DNA of 32,000 nucleotides from the NCBI GenBank assembly GCA_038735675.1, contig JAVYNJ010000002.1:1-32000 (forward strand), read 5' to 3'. Positions within the stretch are counted from its first letter, which is position 1. Each line of letters opens with the position of its first letter. The DNA is from Nanopusillaceae archaeon. Lineage in GTDB: Archaea > Nanobdellota > Nanobdellia > Nanobdellales > Nanobdellaceae. Below are positions 15,896 to 28,975 of the stretch, piece by piece. The position numbers and the translations under genes were made by a program. The notes below the pieces were generated by a model. That model did no database searches. It saw nothing but the letters and a program-made list of their open reading frames with translations, and was not told the DNA's origin.

Positions 15896-16564
15896 TTATT
15901 TTTGCAACAAAAACATCATATGCTCTTTATGGAAAGGTTCTAATCTAACTTTATTAATTATCTTTATTCCATATTCTGATATTTCTTTGCTAACTTCATC
16001 AAATATTACTTTAGAATCTTTTCTAACATCTATTGATTTAGCTTTGACAGCATAAAATATGTATCCTTTGCTTTTTAAAAACAAATCCATATTATTGATA
16101 AGTATTTTAGTTTGATGTGGTTGTGCTATATCTTGATATATAACATCTACTTTGGAAACTAAGTGAACATAATTGTAGGGGTTTGATGCATCAGATAATA
16201 TCGGAATTATATTTCTTCTTTCCTTCACTATTTTCATAAGTTCCATTAAAATTCTAGCAGAAACATCTATACCATATATTACTCCTTTCCATCCAATAAT
16301 ATCAGAAATGTGTGATGCTGTTGTTCCAGAAGCTATACCTAAATATAGTATCTTATCTCCTTCTCTTATTGGAATCTCTCCTATGTTTTTCTTAATTGCT
16401 GCCGCTAATTTGGATCTATTAGCTATCCATTCTCTATATTCTTCTCCCTTAAATTCTACTAATCTTTCTCCATATACTACTTGCCCCCTTACTAGATTTT
16501 TAGTATATAATTTTCCTTTCTTATCAATATATATTCTTGGATTTTCTTTTAATGCTTTCATCAT
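15896..16564 (-). CDS. flpA: Fibrillarin (rRNA/tRNA 2'-O-methyltransferase)
   Basis: YREWIANRSKLAAAI, SAM motif ILYLGIASGTTASHISDI, VIYGIDVSAR, NIIPILSDA. 222 aa. Paired with Nop5 through an ATGA overlap. Confidence 0.95.
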   Translation of the reverse strand: MMKALKENPRIYIDKKGKLYTKNLVRGQVVYGERLVEFKGEEYREWIANRSKLAAAIKKNIGEIPIREGDKILYLGIASGTTASHISDIIGWKGVIYGIDVSARILMELMKIVKERRNIIPILSDASNPYNYVHLVSKVDVIYQDIAQPHQTKILINNMDLFLKSKGYIFYAVKAKSIDVRKDSKVIFDEVSKEISEYGIKIINKVRLEPFHKEHMMFLLQK

Positions 16565-17562
16565 TATTTTTTTTCTGATTTTAATTCGTTAAATCTGTCC
16601 TCTAATTCTCTTAACAACTCTTCATATATTAATTTACCTGAATTAAAGGCATCCATTCTTGCTGCGATAGCTATTTTGGCTGCCAAAGTTCTCGCCATTG
16701 CACCCCTAAGCTTTTTCGGTAACCTTTGTATATAAGGATGATTAAATATAACACCGTGTTTTGGTGGCGGTGTTTTCTTTGTTAAATGTTTAAAAAGTGC
16801 TTTTTCAGCACCTAAAACTTGAATTGTTGATGCTGGCAACATTGCTAATTCTTTCAGTCCACCCGCAATAGCTATTAGTCTAGCACCTATAGTCGGAGTT
16901 GCTATTTTTGATAAGTTAGGACATATTTCTTCCATTAAATTTTCAATATAGTTCTTTAAAGAATCTCTTAACTTATAAAGTCTTATTATTTCTTCTCCTA
17001 TTTTATTTAATTGCTCTATATCCTTTGCTTCAAATTTTCCACCCATAGTTTTTTCTATTTGGTACTCTTTCATTAATTCTTCTCTCTTTTTATTAAAAAC
17101 GATCTTTAAAAATTTTTCATGATCTTCAATCATTTGAGATAATTCTGGAAAATATAAATTGTATATTTCTCTAAATCTTTCTACAATAAGATTAATTGTC
17201 TTATTTAGATCATCTAAAAGCATTACTGTCTGTATTATGATGTTATCTCTAGTAATAGATTTAGAAATGACATCCTTAGTCAAATTATATACTTTTTCTT
17301 GATTTAACTCTTTTTCTTCTTCAGAAATAATTTCTATTGCTTTTTTTAATTTATTTTTATCTTTCTCAACTTTATAATTTTCTATTTCTTGACCTAAGAA
17401 TACGTAATCTTCCTTTATGTATTCTTTAATTCTTTCTGGCAATTTTCCAAAAGAAATTTCTTTTAATTCTTCTTCGTTTAAATCCAATTTTATAAATTGT
17501 TCCTTTTCTATTTTTTCATTAAAAATATATATTCCGTCGTGTCTTATAATAACATACTTCAT
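16564..17562 (-). CDS. nop5: Nop5 (Nop56/58) C/D box sRNP core protein
   Basis: Nop domain IAGGLKELAMLPASTIQVLGAEKALFKHL...PPKHGVIFNHPYI...RGAMARTLAAKIAIAARMD. Coiled-coil middle region. 332 aa. Confidence 0.95.
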   Translation of the reverse strand: MKYVIIRHDGIYIFNEKIEKEQFIKLDLNEEELKEISFGKLPERIKEYIKEDYVFLGQEIENYKVEKDKNKLKKAIEIISEEEKELNQEKVYNLTKDVISKSITRDNIIIQTVMLLDDLNKTINLIVERFREIYNLYFPELSQMIEDHEKFLKIVFNKKREELMKEYQIEKTMGGKFEAKDIEQLNKIGEEIIRLYKLRDSLKNYIENLMEEICPNLSKIATPTIGARLIAIAGGLKELAMLPASTIQVLGAEKALFKHLTKKTPPPKHGVIFNHPYIQRLPKKLRGAMARTLAAKIAIAARMDAFNSGKLIYEELLRELEDRFNELKSEKK

Positions 17563-17591
17563 AAAAAATATTTATTGAAAAAATAAATAAA

Positions 17592-17900
17592 TTATTTCTT
17601 AACAACTTTCATTAATAATTTAACGTCTGGAGGAATTTGTAATCTCAAAAAATTTTTGATAAATCTATCATCATAAGCCACGTCTATAAATCTTCTATAT
17701 ATCTTCATTTGATAAGTTTCATAAATTTTTGTTCCTCTTTTTCCAAGAGTTCTCATAGATGGAACTCTTAAAACTTTGGTTGGAAGATTTATTGGTCCTC
17801 TCTTCTCGATTCCAAGTTGCTCAACTATTTTAATTATATCACTAGTAAAAGAATTTATTGGTTCTAATTTTGTCCCCCAAATTTTTATTCTAAGATACAT
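17592..17900 (-). CDS. rps10: Ribosomal protein S10 (uS10)
   Basis: LRIKIWGTKLEPINSF...GPINLPTKVLRVP...YETYQMKIYRRFIDV. Immediately downstream of EF-1alpha, which is the conserved order. Confidence 0.9.
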   Translation of the reverse strand: MYLRIKIWGTKLEPINSFTSDIIKIVEQLGIEKRGPINLPTKVLRVPSMRTLGKRGTKIYETYQMKIYRRFIDVAYDDRFIKNFLRLQIPPDVKLLMKVVKK

Positions 17901-17923
17901 TTTTGATTAAAAAAATAAAGATG

Positions 17924-19255
17924 TTACTTCAGCTCAACTTTTCTTTCTTTTATTTCTAATATTTGTCCTACTGCTACTGTCTTACCCATATCTCTAATTG
18001 CGAATCTTCCTAAAGAGGTATTTGGGAAATCTTGATATCTTTCGGCTGCTAATGGTTTTAGTGGAACAATTCTTACTATTGCTGCATCTCCTGTTTTTAA
18101 GAATTGTGGATTTTTCTCGATCTCTTGACCAGTTCTAGGATCTATTTTTGCAACTATTTCAACTATTTTAACTGGAACAGATGCTGTATGTATGTGTAAT
18201 ACTGGAGAATATCCAACTGCTACAGCTGAAGGATGCCATAATATAAATATTCTTGCTGTTAATTCTTCTACTAATTTTGGTAATTGTTCATTTAATTTTC
18301 CTACCAAATCTCCTCTTCCTATATCTTGTTTTTCAATACCTTTTACGTTGAATCCTATGTTATCTCCGGCAATTGCTTCCTCTAAATCTTGATGATGCAT
18401 TTGTATAGATTTTACTTCTCCTATAACACCATTTGGCTTTTTAGATGGTAAAACAACTATTTTATCACCCGCTCTTAATCTTCCAGCTTCTACTCTTCCG
18501 ACTGGAACTATTCCTACTCCTTTTATAGAATATACATCTTCTATAGCCAATCTAAATGGTTTATCTACTAATCTAGGAGGTTCATCTAGCAAATCTAAAG
18601 CTTCATATATTGTTGGACCATTATACCATGGCATCTGTTGAGATTTTTGAACAATATTATCTCCATTATATGCTGAAACTGGAACTATTGCTTTTATATT
18701 TTTATTTGGATCATATCCTATACTTTTTGCTAGATTTAAAACCATCTCTTTAACTTGTTCAAATCTCTTTTGATCATAGTTAACTGCATCCATTTTGTTT
18801 ATTGCAACAATAAATTGTGATATTCCTAAAGTTCTAATTAATAATAAGTGCTCTCTTCCCTGTCCTTCTGGTCCTAAAGCTGTTTCTGCTTCTCCAGGCT
18901 TCGAAGATACTACTAATATTGCTGCATCTGCTTGGCTAGCACCAGTAATCATATTTTTAATGAAATCTCTATGTCCGGGTAAATCTCCAAAAGTTATTTC
19001 ATATTTTTTTGTTATTATTTTGTAGAATGTAGGATCTATTGTTAATCCTCTTTCTCTCTCTTCCTTTGTTTTATCCATAACAAATGCAAACTCGAATGTT
19101 TCTTTTCCTAATTGCTTTGCTAGCTCCTTTAGTTGATTTAATACTTTTTCATCTATTAGCTTCAAATCCCACAACATTCTACCTAACATTGTTGACTTTC
19201 CATTATCTACATGTCCTATAGTTACTACATTAAGATGTGGTTTTTCTCTTGGCAT
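17924..19255 (-). CDS. tuf: Translation elongation factor EF-1 alpha
   Basis: KPHLNVVTIGHVDNGKST (G1), DLPGHRDF (G3), NKMD (G4). 443 aa. Confidence 0.97.
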   Translation of the reverse strand: MPREKPHLNVVTIGHVDNGKSTMLGRMLWDLKLIDEKVLNQLKELAKQLGKETFEFAFVMDKTKEERERGLTIDPTFYKIITKKYEITFGDLPGHRDFIKNMITGASQADAAILVVSSKPGEAETALGPEGQGREHLLLIRTLGISQFIVAINKMDAVNYDQKRFEQVKEMVLNLAKSIGYDPNKNIKAIVPVSAYNGDNIVQKSQQMPWYNGPTIYEALDLLDEPPRLVDKPFRLAIEDVYSIKGVGIVPVGRVEAGRLRAGDKIVVLPSKKPNGVIGEVKSIQMHHQDLEEAIAGDNIGFNVKGIEKQDIGRGDLVGKLNEQLPKLVEELTARIFILWHPSAVAVGYSPVLHIHTASVPVKIVEIVAKIDPRTGQEIEKNPQFLKTGDAAIVRIVPLKPLAAERYQDFPNTSLGRFAIRDMGKTVAVGQILEIKERKVELK

Positions 19256-19288
19256 TCTTTTATAAATCTGTGTAAAATTTAAAAATAT

Positions 19289-20083
19289 CTAAGATAAAGA
19301 AAGAACCTGATCAAAAAATTCTATTGGTAATGCCCCTGAAAATCCCAAAATAAAATACTTTCTATCGGAAGATATCCACATGTTATATGAAAATCCATAG
19401 GGTTTTAATTGATCTAGGATATTTTTCACTTCTTTTATTCTTTCTTCAGATATCTTGTTAATATTTATGGCTATAATAAAAGATGGCGTTCCCATCATTC
19501 CATAGATTTTAACAGCTTCATATGTTTCTGCGTCAATTAACTTCTCTATTTCGTTGTTTTTAATACAATCCTCAACATCCTTATATTTATTTAGCGTTTC
19601 ATTAATAGATATTTCTAAATTTGTACCGTTTTTTAAGTATAAAACATTATTATATACTTCTCTCAAAATTTCTGATTTATAATTAATATATTCCTCTAAA
19701 CCTTTTTCTTTATAGATACAAGCTGCATATAAAGATAGTTTTTTTGCTAAATCCCCATGAACTATAAGATTTTTATATACATAACTTATCTTTCCACTAT
19801 CTATATATTTTTTCTTAATCTCTGGAAAAACTTCAAAATAAAAGGCCGCACAAAAGGGACATAAATATTCCATATATTCATAAATAATTATATCTGAGGA
19901 ATTTCCATACACTGCATTATAATATTCAATTTTTGGTAAATCAATAGGCTTCAAGCTATGTAAGATACTTTTTTCCAATTGTAATTCTCTAATTAATACA
20001 TAATTATATATACTAAAAACCATAGCCAAGATTGATGACGACAAGCTTATGTACATTAAAAATTTGTCATTAAATTTGCTCAT
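19289..20083 (-). CDS. Membrane-anchored DsbA-like thiol:disulfide oxidoreductase (thioredoxin fold)
   Basis: N-terminal TM (FLMYISLSSSILAMVFSIYNYVL) followed by SDIIIYEYMEYLCPFCAAFYFEVFPEIKKKYIDSGKISYVYK, i.e. a CPFC active site in a DsbA/Thioredoxin_4-like context. Confidence 0.7.
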   Translation of the reverse strand: MSKFNDKFLMYISLSSSILAMVFSIYNYVLIRELQLEKSILHSLKPIDLPKIEYYNAVYGNSSDIIIYEYMEYLCPFCAAFYFEVFPEIKKKYIDSGKISYVYKNLIVHGDLAKKLSLYAACIYKEKGLEEYINYKSEILREVYNNVLYLKNGTNLEISINETLNKYKDVEDCIKNNEIEKLIDAETYEAVKIYGMMGTPSFIIAININKISEERIKEVKNILDQLKPYGFSYNMWISSDRKYFILGFSGALPIEFFDQVLSLS

Positions 20084-20128
20084 TTAACTATTAATAAAAA
20101 AAGATTTATAAAGCAAAAATTTTTATAA

Positions 20129-23353
<3,225 letters not shown>

Positions 23354-23388
23354 GGATATTTATAAATTTTATTTTTTAATGTTTATAA

Positions 23389-23943
23389 ATGGCTAAATGG
23401 GAGGCTAACAATGTTGTAGTAAATGTTGATCTAAAAACAAAGTTGCCACTAGATAAGATTGCTTCAAAATTGGAAGATGCAACATATGATCCGGAACAAT
23501 TTCCAGGTTTGATATTCAGGACGGAAAGGGACCAAAAAAAGGTAACAATTCTAATGTTTAATAGCGGAAAAATGGTAGTAACTGGACTTAAAAGTATTAA
23601 AGAAGCAAAAGAATACGTTGAATATATAAGAAAAATTTTAAAAGAAATCGGAATAGAAACTCCTAAAGATTACAATGTTTCTCCAAAAAATTATGTAGTA
23701 AACGGAAAGTTTGATTATGATAATATAGATGTTAGCAGAATGCTAGAAGAATTAGAAGCTGCAGAATATAATCCAGAACAATTTCCGGGAGTAATAGTAA
23801 AATACAAAAAAGATGATATAAAAGTTACTTTCTTAATATTCCACACGGGAAACTTTGTATGTACTGGAGCAAAGACAGAAGAAGAAGCGGATTATATTAT
23901 ACATGAGTTTGAAAAAGAGATTATAAGCAAGTATGCTAAATAA
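23389..23943 (+). CDS. tbp: TATA-box binding protein
   Basis: Two direct repeats with YDPEQFPGLIFR / YNPEQFPGVIVKY and ...MFNSGKMVVTG / ...IFHTGNFVCTG. 184 aa. Confidence 0.95.
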   Translation: MAKWEANNVVVNVDLKTKLPLDKIASKLEDATYDPEQFPGLIFRTERDQKKVTILMFNSGKMVVTGLKSIKEAKEYVEYIRKILKEIGIETPKDYNVSPKNYVVNGKFDYDNIDVSRMLEELEAAEYNPEQFPGVIVKYKKDDIKVTFLIFHTGNFVCTGAKTEEEADYIIHEFEKEIISKYAK

Positions 23944-24571
23944 TAATAAAATGGAAACTAAAACTGGAACTACAATAGTAGCTATAAAATTTAAAGATGG
24001 AGTTGTAATAGCGTCTGATAAAAGAGCTTCTGCTGGAGCTTTAATGACAATAGATAAAAATACTCAAAAAATATATGAAATTACAGATACTATACTGTTA
24101 GGAACTGCCGGCTTAGTTGCTGATGCACAAATGTTAGCAAAATTTTTATCATCTGAATTAAAATTAAAAGAGCTTAGAAGCAAAATAAAAGTAACTGCAG
24201 AAGAAGCTGCAAACTTATTAGCAAGAATAATGTATTCTTATAAATACTTTCCATTCTTAACACAATTAATCATTGCTGGAAAAAATAAGAATGATTATTC
24301 AATATATATGCTAGATGAGTTGGGAGGTTTAACGAAACATGATAACTTTATAGCTGTGGGATCCGGAATGATGTATGCTTTGGGAGTTCTAGAAACTGGA
24401 TATAAAAATGATATGACAAAAGAAGAAGCAAAAGAACTTGCTAAAAAGGCAATAATTGCTGCTATAGAAAGAGATTTAGGAAGTGGAGAAGGCATAGATA
24501 TATATACAGTAAGCGATTCTGGAATAGAAAAAGAAACCATAAAAATAGAAAAAAAGATTGAAAAGATTTAA
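23933..24571 (+). CDS. psmB: Proteasome beta subunit
   Basis: Short propeptide then active-site Thr, G|TTIVAIKFKDGVVIASDKRAS. An alternative start at M7 (23951) would remove the 11-nt overlap with tbp. Confidence 0.93.
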   Translation: MLNNNKMETKTGTTIVAIKFKDGVVIASDKRASAGALMTIDKNTQKIYEITDTILLGTAGLVADAQMLAKFLSSELKLKELRSKIKVTAEEAANLLARIMYSYKYFPFLTQLIIAGKNKNDYSIYMLDELGGLTKHDNFIAVGSGMMYALGVLETGYKNDMTKEEAKELAKKAIIAAIERDLGSGEGIDIYTVSDSGIEKETIKIEKKIEKI

Positions 24572-24637
24572 ATTTTTTATTTTTTTAATAAATGAATTTA
24601 GATAAGTTAAACTAGCAAACTGGTAATTTATAAATTT

Positions 24638-26506
24638 ATGATGAATAACATAAAAGAAGAGTTATTAAAAGAATTTAAAAAAGAAGACATAGAAAAAGTA
24701 GTCTTTGAAGCAGCTAAAATTGTAATTTACGTGAATAATAAAGATATATTCTTAAACGGATATGAAATTGGTAAAAATTTAGCTCAAAAATACAAAAAGA
24801 GAGTTGAAATTAGATATAATCATAAGCTTTTAGATAGCAAGGAATCTATTCTGAATTCTTGTGAAAAAATATTACAAGAAAATGGCGTAAAAGTAAAAAG
24901 AATCTTTTTAGAGAGACATAGATCAATAATCGTTATAGATACATACGAACCAGAAAAAATAAATTTAGAAATAATTAACAAGATAAGAGAAAGAACACTA
25001 TGCAATGTTGTAATAAAAAGATCTCCATTAAAATCTTCGAGGATAGTAGATCTAGTCAGATCTTATTTACATAAAAACTCAAAATATAGAACTTCTTTTT
25101 TAGATTCCGTAGGAGAAAGGATAATAAAAAGAAAATACGAGAGGTCTAAAGGGATATATAAATTGTTTATCTTAGGAAGCGGAAGAGAAGTAGGAAGATC
25201 TTGCTTCTTACTAAAAACTGATGAAAGTAATATTTTAATTGACTGTGGAGTTGGAATGGATATTGGAAGTGAAAAATATCCATTGATAAATTCTGAAGAT
25301 TTTAATATTTTAGATTTAGATGCAGTAATTATTACTCATGCTCATTTAGATCATGTAGGTTTTTTACCATATTTATTCAGATTGGGATGGAAAGGTCCTA
25401 TATACTTAACAGAGCCTACTAGAGATATTGCTGCATTATCTATGTTAGATTTTACGAAAGTTAGCAAAAAAACAGGTAAAGAATATTTATATGGGATAAA
25501 AGAAATAAAAGAATTTATAAAACATAGCATAACTTTAAGTTATGAAGAGGTAACTGATATAACTCCAGATATAAAAATTTGTTTTTATGATGCAGGACAC
25601 ATTTTAGGATCTTCAATGGTTCATATCAATATAGAAAACAAACATAATCTACTCTATACAGGAGATTTTAAATTTTTTCAGTCAAAATTTCTTAATAGAC
25701 CAAAAACAATCTTTCAAAGGTTAGAAACACTGATAATAGAATCTACATATGGAGGAAACAACGATTTTCACCCAAATAGAGAAGAAACAGAGGCTAATTT
25801 TATAAAAGAAATAAAAAATACTATAGAAAATGGAGGAAAAGTAATAATACCGGTTTTATCCGTTGGAAGAGCTCAAGATGTTTTATTGACTCTATCCGAA
25901 AATATTGAAAATGGTTCTATTCCCAAAGTAAATATTTATATTGAAGGAATTTTATGGGAAACGTCATTAATACATACTTCCTATCCAGAATATTTAGGAG
26001 AAAACTTAAAACAGAAGATATTAGAAGGAAAAAATCCTTTTGATAAAGAATATATAATTAAAGTGAATCCAAAAGAGAGAGATCAGATAATTGAGTCAAA
26101 AGAACCTTACATTGTTGTTGCTACATCAGGAATGATGCAGGGAGGACCAGTTGTAGAATATTTTAAAAAATTGGCAAGTGATGAAAAAAATCTTCTATCT
26201 TTTGTTTCATATCAAGCAGAAGGAACTCTAGGAAGAAGAATATTAAATGGAGAAAAATCTTTCATCATAGATAATGAAAAAATTGATTTAAGAATGAAGT
26301 ATATTAAATTTGAAGGTTTTTCTGGTCATGCAGATAGAAGAGAAGCTATTAGCTTTATAGGAAGGCTCAAACCAAAACCAAAACAAATTTTTGTAGTTCA
26401 TGGAGAATATCCGAAATACTTTGAATTAGTAAATTCGATAAGAAGAAAATTTAATATCGAAAGTTACGCTCCAAAAAATGGAGACGGTCTTTTGTTAAAC
26501 ATATAA
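24638..26506 (+). CDS. aCPSF1-type RNA endo/exonuclease (KH domains + metallo-beta-lactamase + beta-CASP)
   Basis: N-terminal KH-like region, then LGSGREVGRSCFLL, HAHLDHVG, DAGHILGS, ESTYG and the C-terminal FSGHAD...VHGE. 622 aa. Confidence 0.88.
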   Translation: MMNNIKEELLKEFKKEDIEKVVFEAAKIVIYVNNKDIFLNGYEIGKNLAQKYKKRVEIRYNHKLLDSKESILNSCEKILQENGVKVKRIFLERHRSIIVIDTYEPEKINLEIINKIRERTLCNVVIKRSPLKSSRIVDLVRSYLHKNSKYRTSFLDSVGERIIKRKYERSKGIYKLFILGSGREVGRSCFLLKTDESNILIDCGVGMDIGSEKYPLINSEDFNILDLDAVIITHAHLDHVGFLPYLFRLGWKGPIYLTEPTRDIAALSMLDFTKVSKKTGKEYLYGIKEIKEFIKHSITLSYEEVTDITPDIKICFYDAGHILGSSMVHINIENKHNLLYTGDFKFFQSKFLNRPKTIFQRLETLIIESTYGGNNDFHPNREETEANFIKEIKNTIENGGKVIIPVLSVGRAQDVLLTLSENIENGSIPKVNIYIEGILWETSLIHTSYPEYLGENLKQKILEGKNPFDKEYIIKVNPKERDQIIESKEPYIVVATSGMMQGGPVVEYFKKLASDEKNLLSFVSYQAEGTLGRRILNGEKSFIIDNEKIDLRMKYIKFEGFSGHADRREAISFIGRLKPKPKQIFVVHGEYPKYFELVNSIRRKFNIESYAPKNGDGLLLNI

Positions 26507-26528
26507 AAACTATTTTTAATAAAATTTT

Positions 26529-27119
26529 ATGTTTATTGTAATCGAAGGAATTGATGGCTGTGGAAAAACAAGAGTTATCGAGGAATTAAAAAAGAGATTA
26601 GAAGAAAAAGGAAATAAAGTATTTTTAACAAAAGAACCTTTTGATAATAGAATTAAAGAATTAATAAAATCTATAATAAAAGAAGAACACCCAAAGAATA
26701 AATATTTTGGCCTCTTTTTAGCATGTTTATTTGCTGCAGATAGATATTTACATCAAATTGAAATAGAAGATAAACTAAATCAAAATTTTATTATTATATC
26801 TGATAGATACTATTATTCTTCATTTTCCTATCAATCCAATTATGAGAACTTTGATTTGGAATGGTTAAAAAATTTGCATAAATACATAAGAAAGCCAGAT
26901 ATAGTCTTTATATTGGATGTTCCAGTTAAAATAGCTCTTGAAAGACTTAAAGAACGTTCTGAAAAAAATTCTTATGAAACAGAAGATTTCCTAGAAAAAG
27001 TTAGAAAAAAATATTTGGAACTTCCGAAAATATTAAAAGATGAAAAAATATATATAATAGATAATTCTGGAAAAATAGAAGATACTGTAAATAAAATACT
27101 AAGTATTATTAGCATTTAA
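26529..27119 (+). CDS. tmk: Thymidylate kinase
   Basis: P-loop FIVIEGIDGCGKT, the DRY motif (SDRYYYSS) and a lid region. 196 aa. Confidence 0.88.
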   Translation: MFIVIEGIDGCGKTRVIEELKKRLEEKGNKVFLTKEPFDNRIKELIKSIIKEEHPKNKYFGLFLACLFAADRYLHQIEIEDKLNQNFIIISDRYYYSSFSYQSNYENFDLEWLKNLHKYIRKPDIVFILDVPVKIALERLKERSEKNSYETEDFLEKVRKKYLELPKILKDEKIYIIDNSGKIEDTVNKILSIISI

Positions 27120-28856
27120 ATCTTTTATTACTTTATATATTTCTTCTCCTATTTTTTTCTCATCAACATTACTACAAATATTTTTTATTATTTCTTTTGC
27201 CTCATCTAAAATTTTATCTTTTATACTAAAATCTTTATATGTTGCAATTTTTTCCAAAGAATCTTCCATTTTTCTAGTGAAATCTACATCTAAAATTTCT
27301 GGAAAATATTTTTCAAAAATATCCAATATTTTTTCTCCTAATTTAGTAATTCTTATAGATCTTCCATCAATATATTTTCTATTATAGAGTGTTACTATAA
27401 TTTCTGCTCTAGTAGATTTTGTACCTAAATTCTCCTCTTCCATTTTCTTAATTAAACTAGCTTGGTTATATCTTGGAGGTGGAGAAGTTTTTCTTTGTCT
27501 TATGTATTTCTTAAGAACGTCATAATATTCACCTTCTCTGAAATCAATATCTAAAAATCTATCTTTCAAAAAATCTAAATATAAAATAATCCATCCCTTT
27601 TCCAAACATTTTTCATATTCAAAATAAAAATTTTCTTCAAAAACGATTTTATTTTTTTTGATAATTGCAGGGTCCATAAATGTAGCAAAAAATCTTCTAA
27701 CAACTAAATCATATATTAAAAATTCACCCTTATTTAAATCATAAGGTATCTCACCTGTAGGATATATTGCTGGATGTATATCTTCTTTTTTCCCATTGTT
27801 TGGCTTTAAAATACGCTTACTTTTAAGCAAATCATAATAAAAAGAATATTTTTTAAATCTAGCTAAATTTTCCATTATTTTTCTAAAATTTATAGTATCT
27901 GGTAATATTTCTGAAGAGGTCCTCGGGTATGAAATATATCCTTTCTCATAAAGTTTTTGGAGAATACTTAATGTTTGTTTCGGAGTTATTTTATATATTC
28001 TATATGCATCTATTTGTATATTAGTTAAATTATAAGGATGTGGGGGTTTTTCTTCATATTTTTCAGAGATAACTTTCAAAACCATTATTTTATTTTTTAT
28101 TTTACTCTTTATTCTTTCCGCTTCTTCTCTACTTTTAATTTTTCCGCCATATATCAATTTTAATATTTCTTTTTCCTTTTTTATATCTAAATAGATTAAA
28201 TAGTAAATTTCTGGTTTGAATTCTTTTATTTCTTTCTCTTTTTCAAATATCAATTTCAATGTTGGCCCTTGAACTCTTCCAATACTTAAAACATAATCCT
28301 TAGTATATTTTCTTAAAGATCTTGTTAATATTCTTGATAAATTAATACCATAAAGCCAATCTAATATATGTCTAGTTTCTCCAGCTATTGCTAATCCATA
28401 ATCAATGCTTTCTCTAATATTTCTGAATGCATTAGATATATCTTGCTTAGTTATGGCAGAAAAAATCATTCTCTTAGCATTTTTCTTTCCTAAAGAAAAT
28501 CTAATAATATTATAACCTATTAATTCCCCCTCTATATCGTAGTCTGTAGCTAAAATAATATTATTTTCGTCAGAAAATTTTCTAAACATATCTATATAGG
28601 CTTTTTTTATAAATATTTTATCCTCAAAATATGAAGGAACCCATTTATAGTCAAAAGTGGGATATTTATATGTTTTATCAAGATCCGAAATTGTATATAA
28701 ATGTCCAATTGATGGAACTACATAAAAGTTTACTCCATTAAGATTAAAATAGTAATAATAAACACCTTCTCTAAATTTAATTTTTTTAAAACTAGAATTA
28801 GATAAAAACAAAGCAATATTTCTAGCTACAGATGGTTTTTCAGCAATTATTAGCAT
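27099..28856 (-). CDS. topA: DNA topoisomerase IA (Topo III-like core, no C-terminal Zn-finger domain)
   Basis: Toprim MLIIAEKPSVARNIA and ATDYDIEGE. Active-site Tyr context GYISYPRTSSE. 585 aa. The 3' end overlaps convergent tmk by 21 nt. Confidence 0.85.
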   Translation of the reverse strand: MLIIAEKPSVARNIALFLSNSSFKKIKFREGVYYYYFNLNGVNFYVVPSIGHLYTISDLDKTYKYPTFDYKWVPSYFEDKIFIKKAYIDMFRKFSDENNIILATDYDIEGELIGYNIIRFSLGKKNAKRMIFSAITKQDISNAFRNIRESIDYGLAIAGETRHILDWLYGINLSRILTRSLRKYTKDYVLSIGRVQGPTLKLIFEKEKEIKEFKPEIYYLIYLDIKKEKEILKLIYGGKIKSREEAERIKSKIKNKIMVLKVISEKYEEKPPHPYNLTNIQIDAYRIYKITPKQTLSILQKLYEKGYISYPRTSSEILPDTINFRKIMENLARFKKYSFYYDLLKSKRILKPNNGKKEDIHPAIYPTGEIPYDLNKGEFLIYDLVVRRFFATFMDPAIIKKNKIVFEENFYFEYEKCLEKGWIILYLDFLKDRFLDIDFREGEYYDVLKKYIRQRKTSPPPRYNQASLIKKMEEENLGTKSTRAEIIVTLYNRKYIDGRSIRITKLGEKILDIFEKYFPEILDVDFTRKMEDSLEKIATYKDFSIKDKILDEAKEIIKNICSNVDEKKIGEEIYKVIKDLNANNT

Positions 28857-28887
28857 AAAATTCTAATTTTAATCAAATTTTATAAAA

Positions 28888-28971
28888 TGCGGGGGCGGGG
28901 ATTTGAACCCCGGACGGATCTAATCCATCGGGACCTAAACCCGACCCCTTTGACCTCTCGGGCACCCCCGC
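28888..28971 (-). tRNA. tRNA-Leu, anticodon UAG (class II, long variable arm)
   Basis: Reverse complement is GCGGGGG-TG-CCC-GAGAGGTCAAA-GGG-G-TCGGG-TTTAGGT-CCCGA-T(GGAT-TAG-ATCC)GTC-CGGGG-TTCAAAT-CCCCG-CCCCCGC-A. No encoded CCA. Confidence 0.92.
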
Positions 28972-28975
28972 AAAA

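Noticed and set aside
24638-24644. ATGATGA (C-box-like) at the start of the aCPSF1 gene
   Set aside because: It is simply Met-Met-Asn at the CDS start. There is no D box, C'/D' pair or GC-rich guide at the appropriate spacing.
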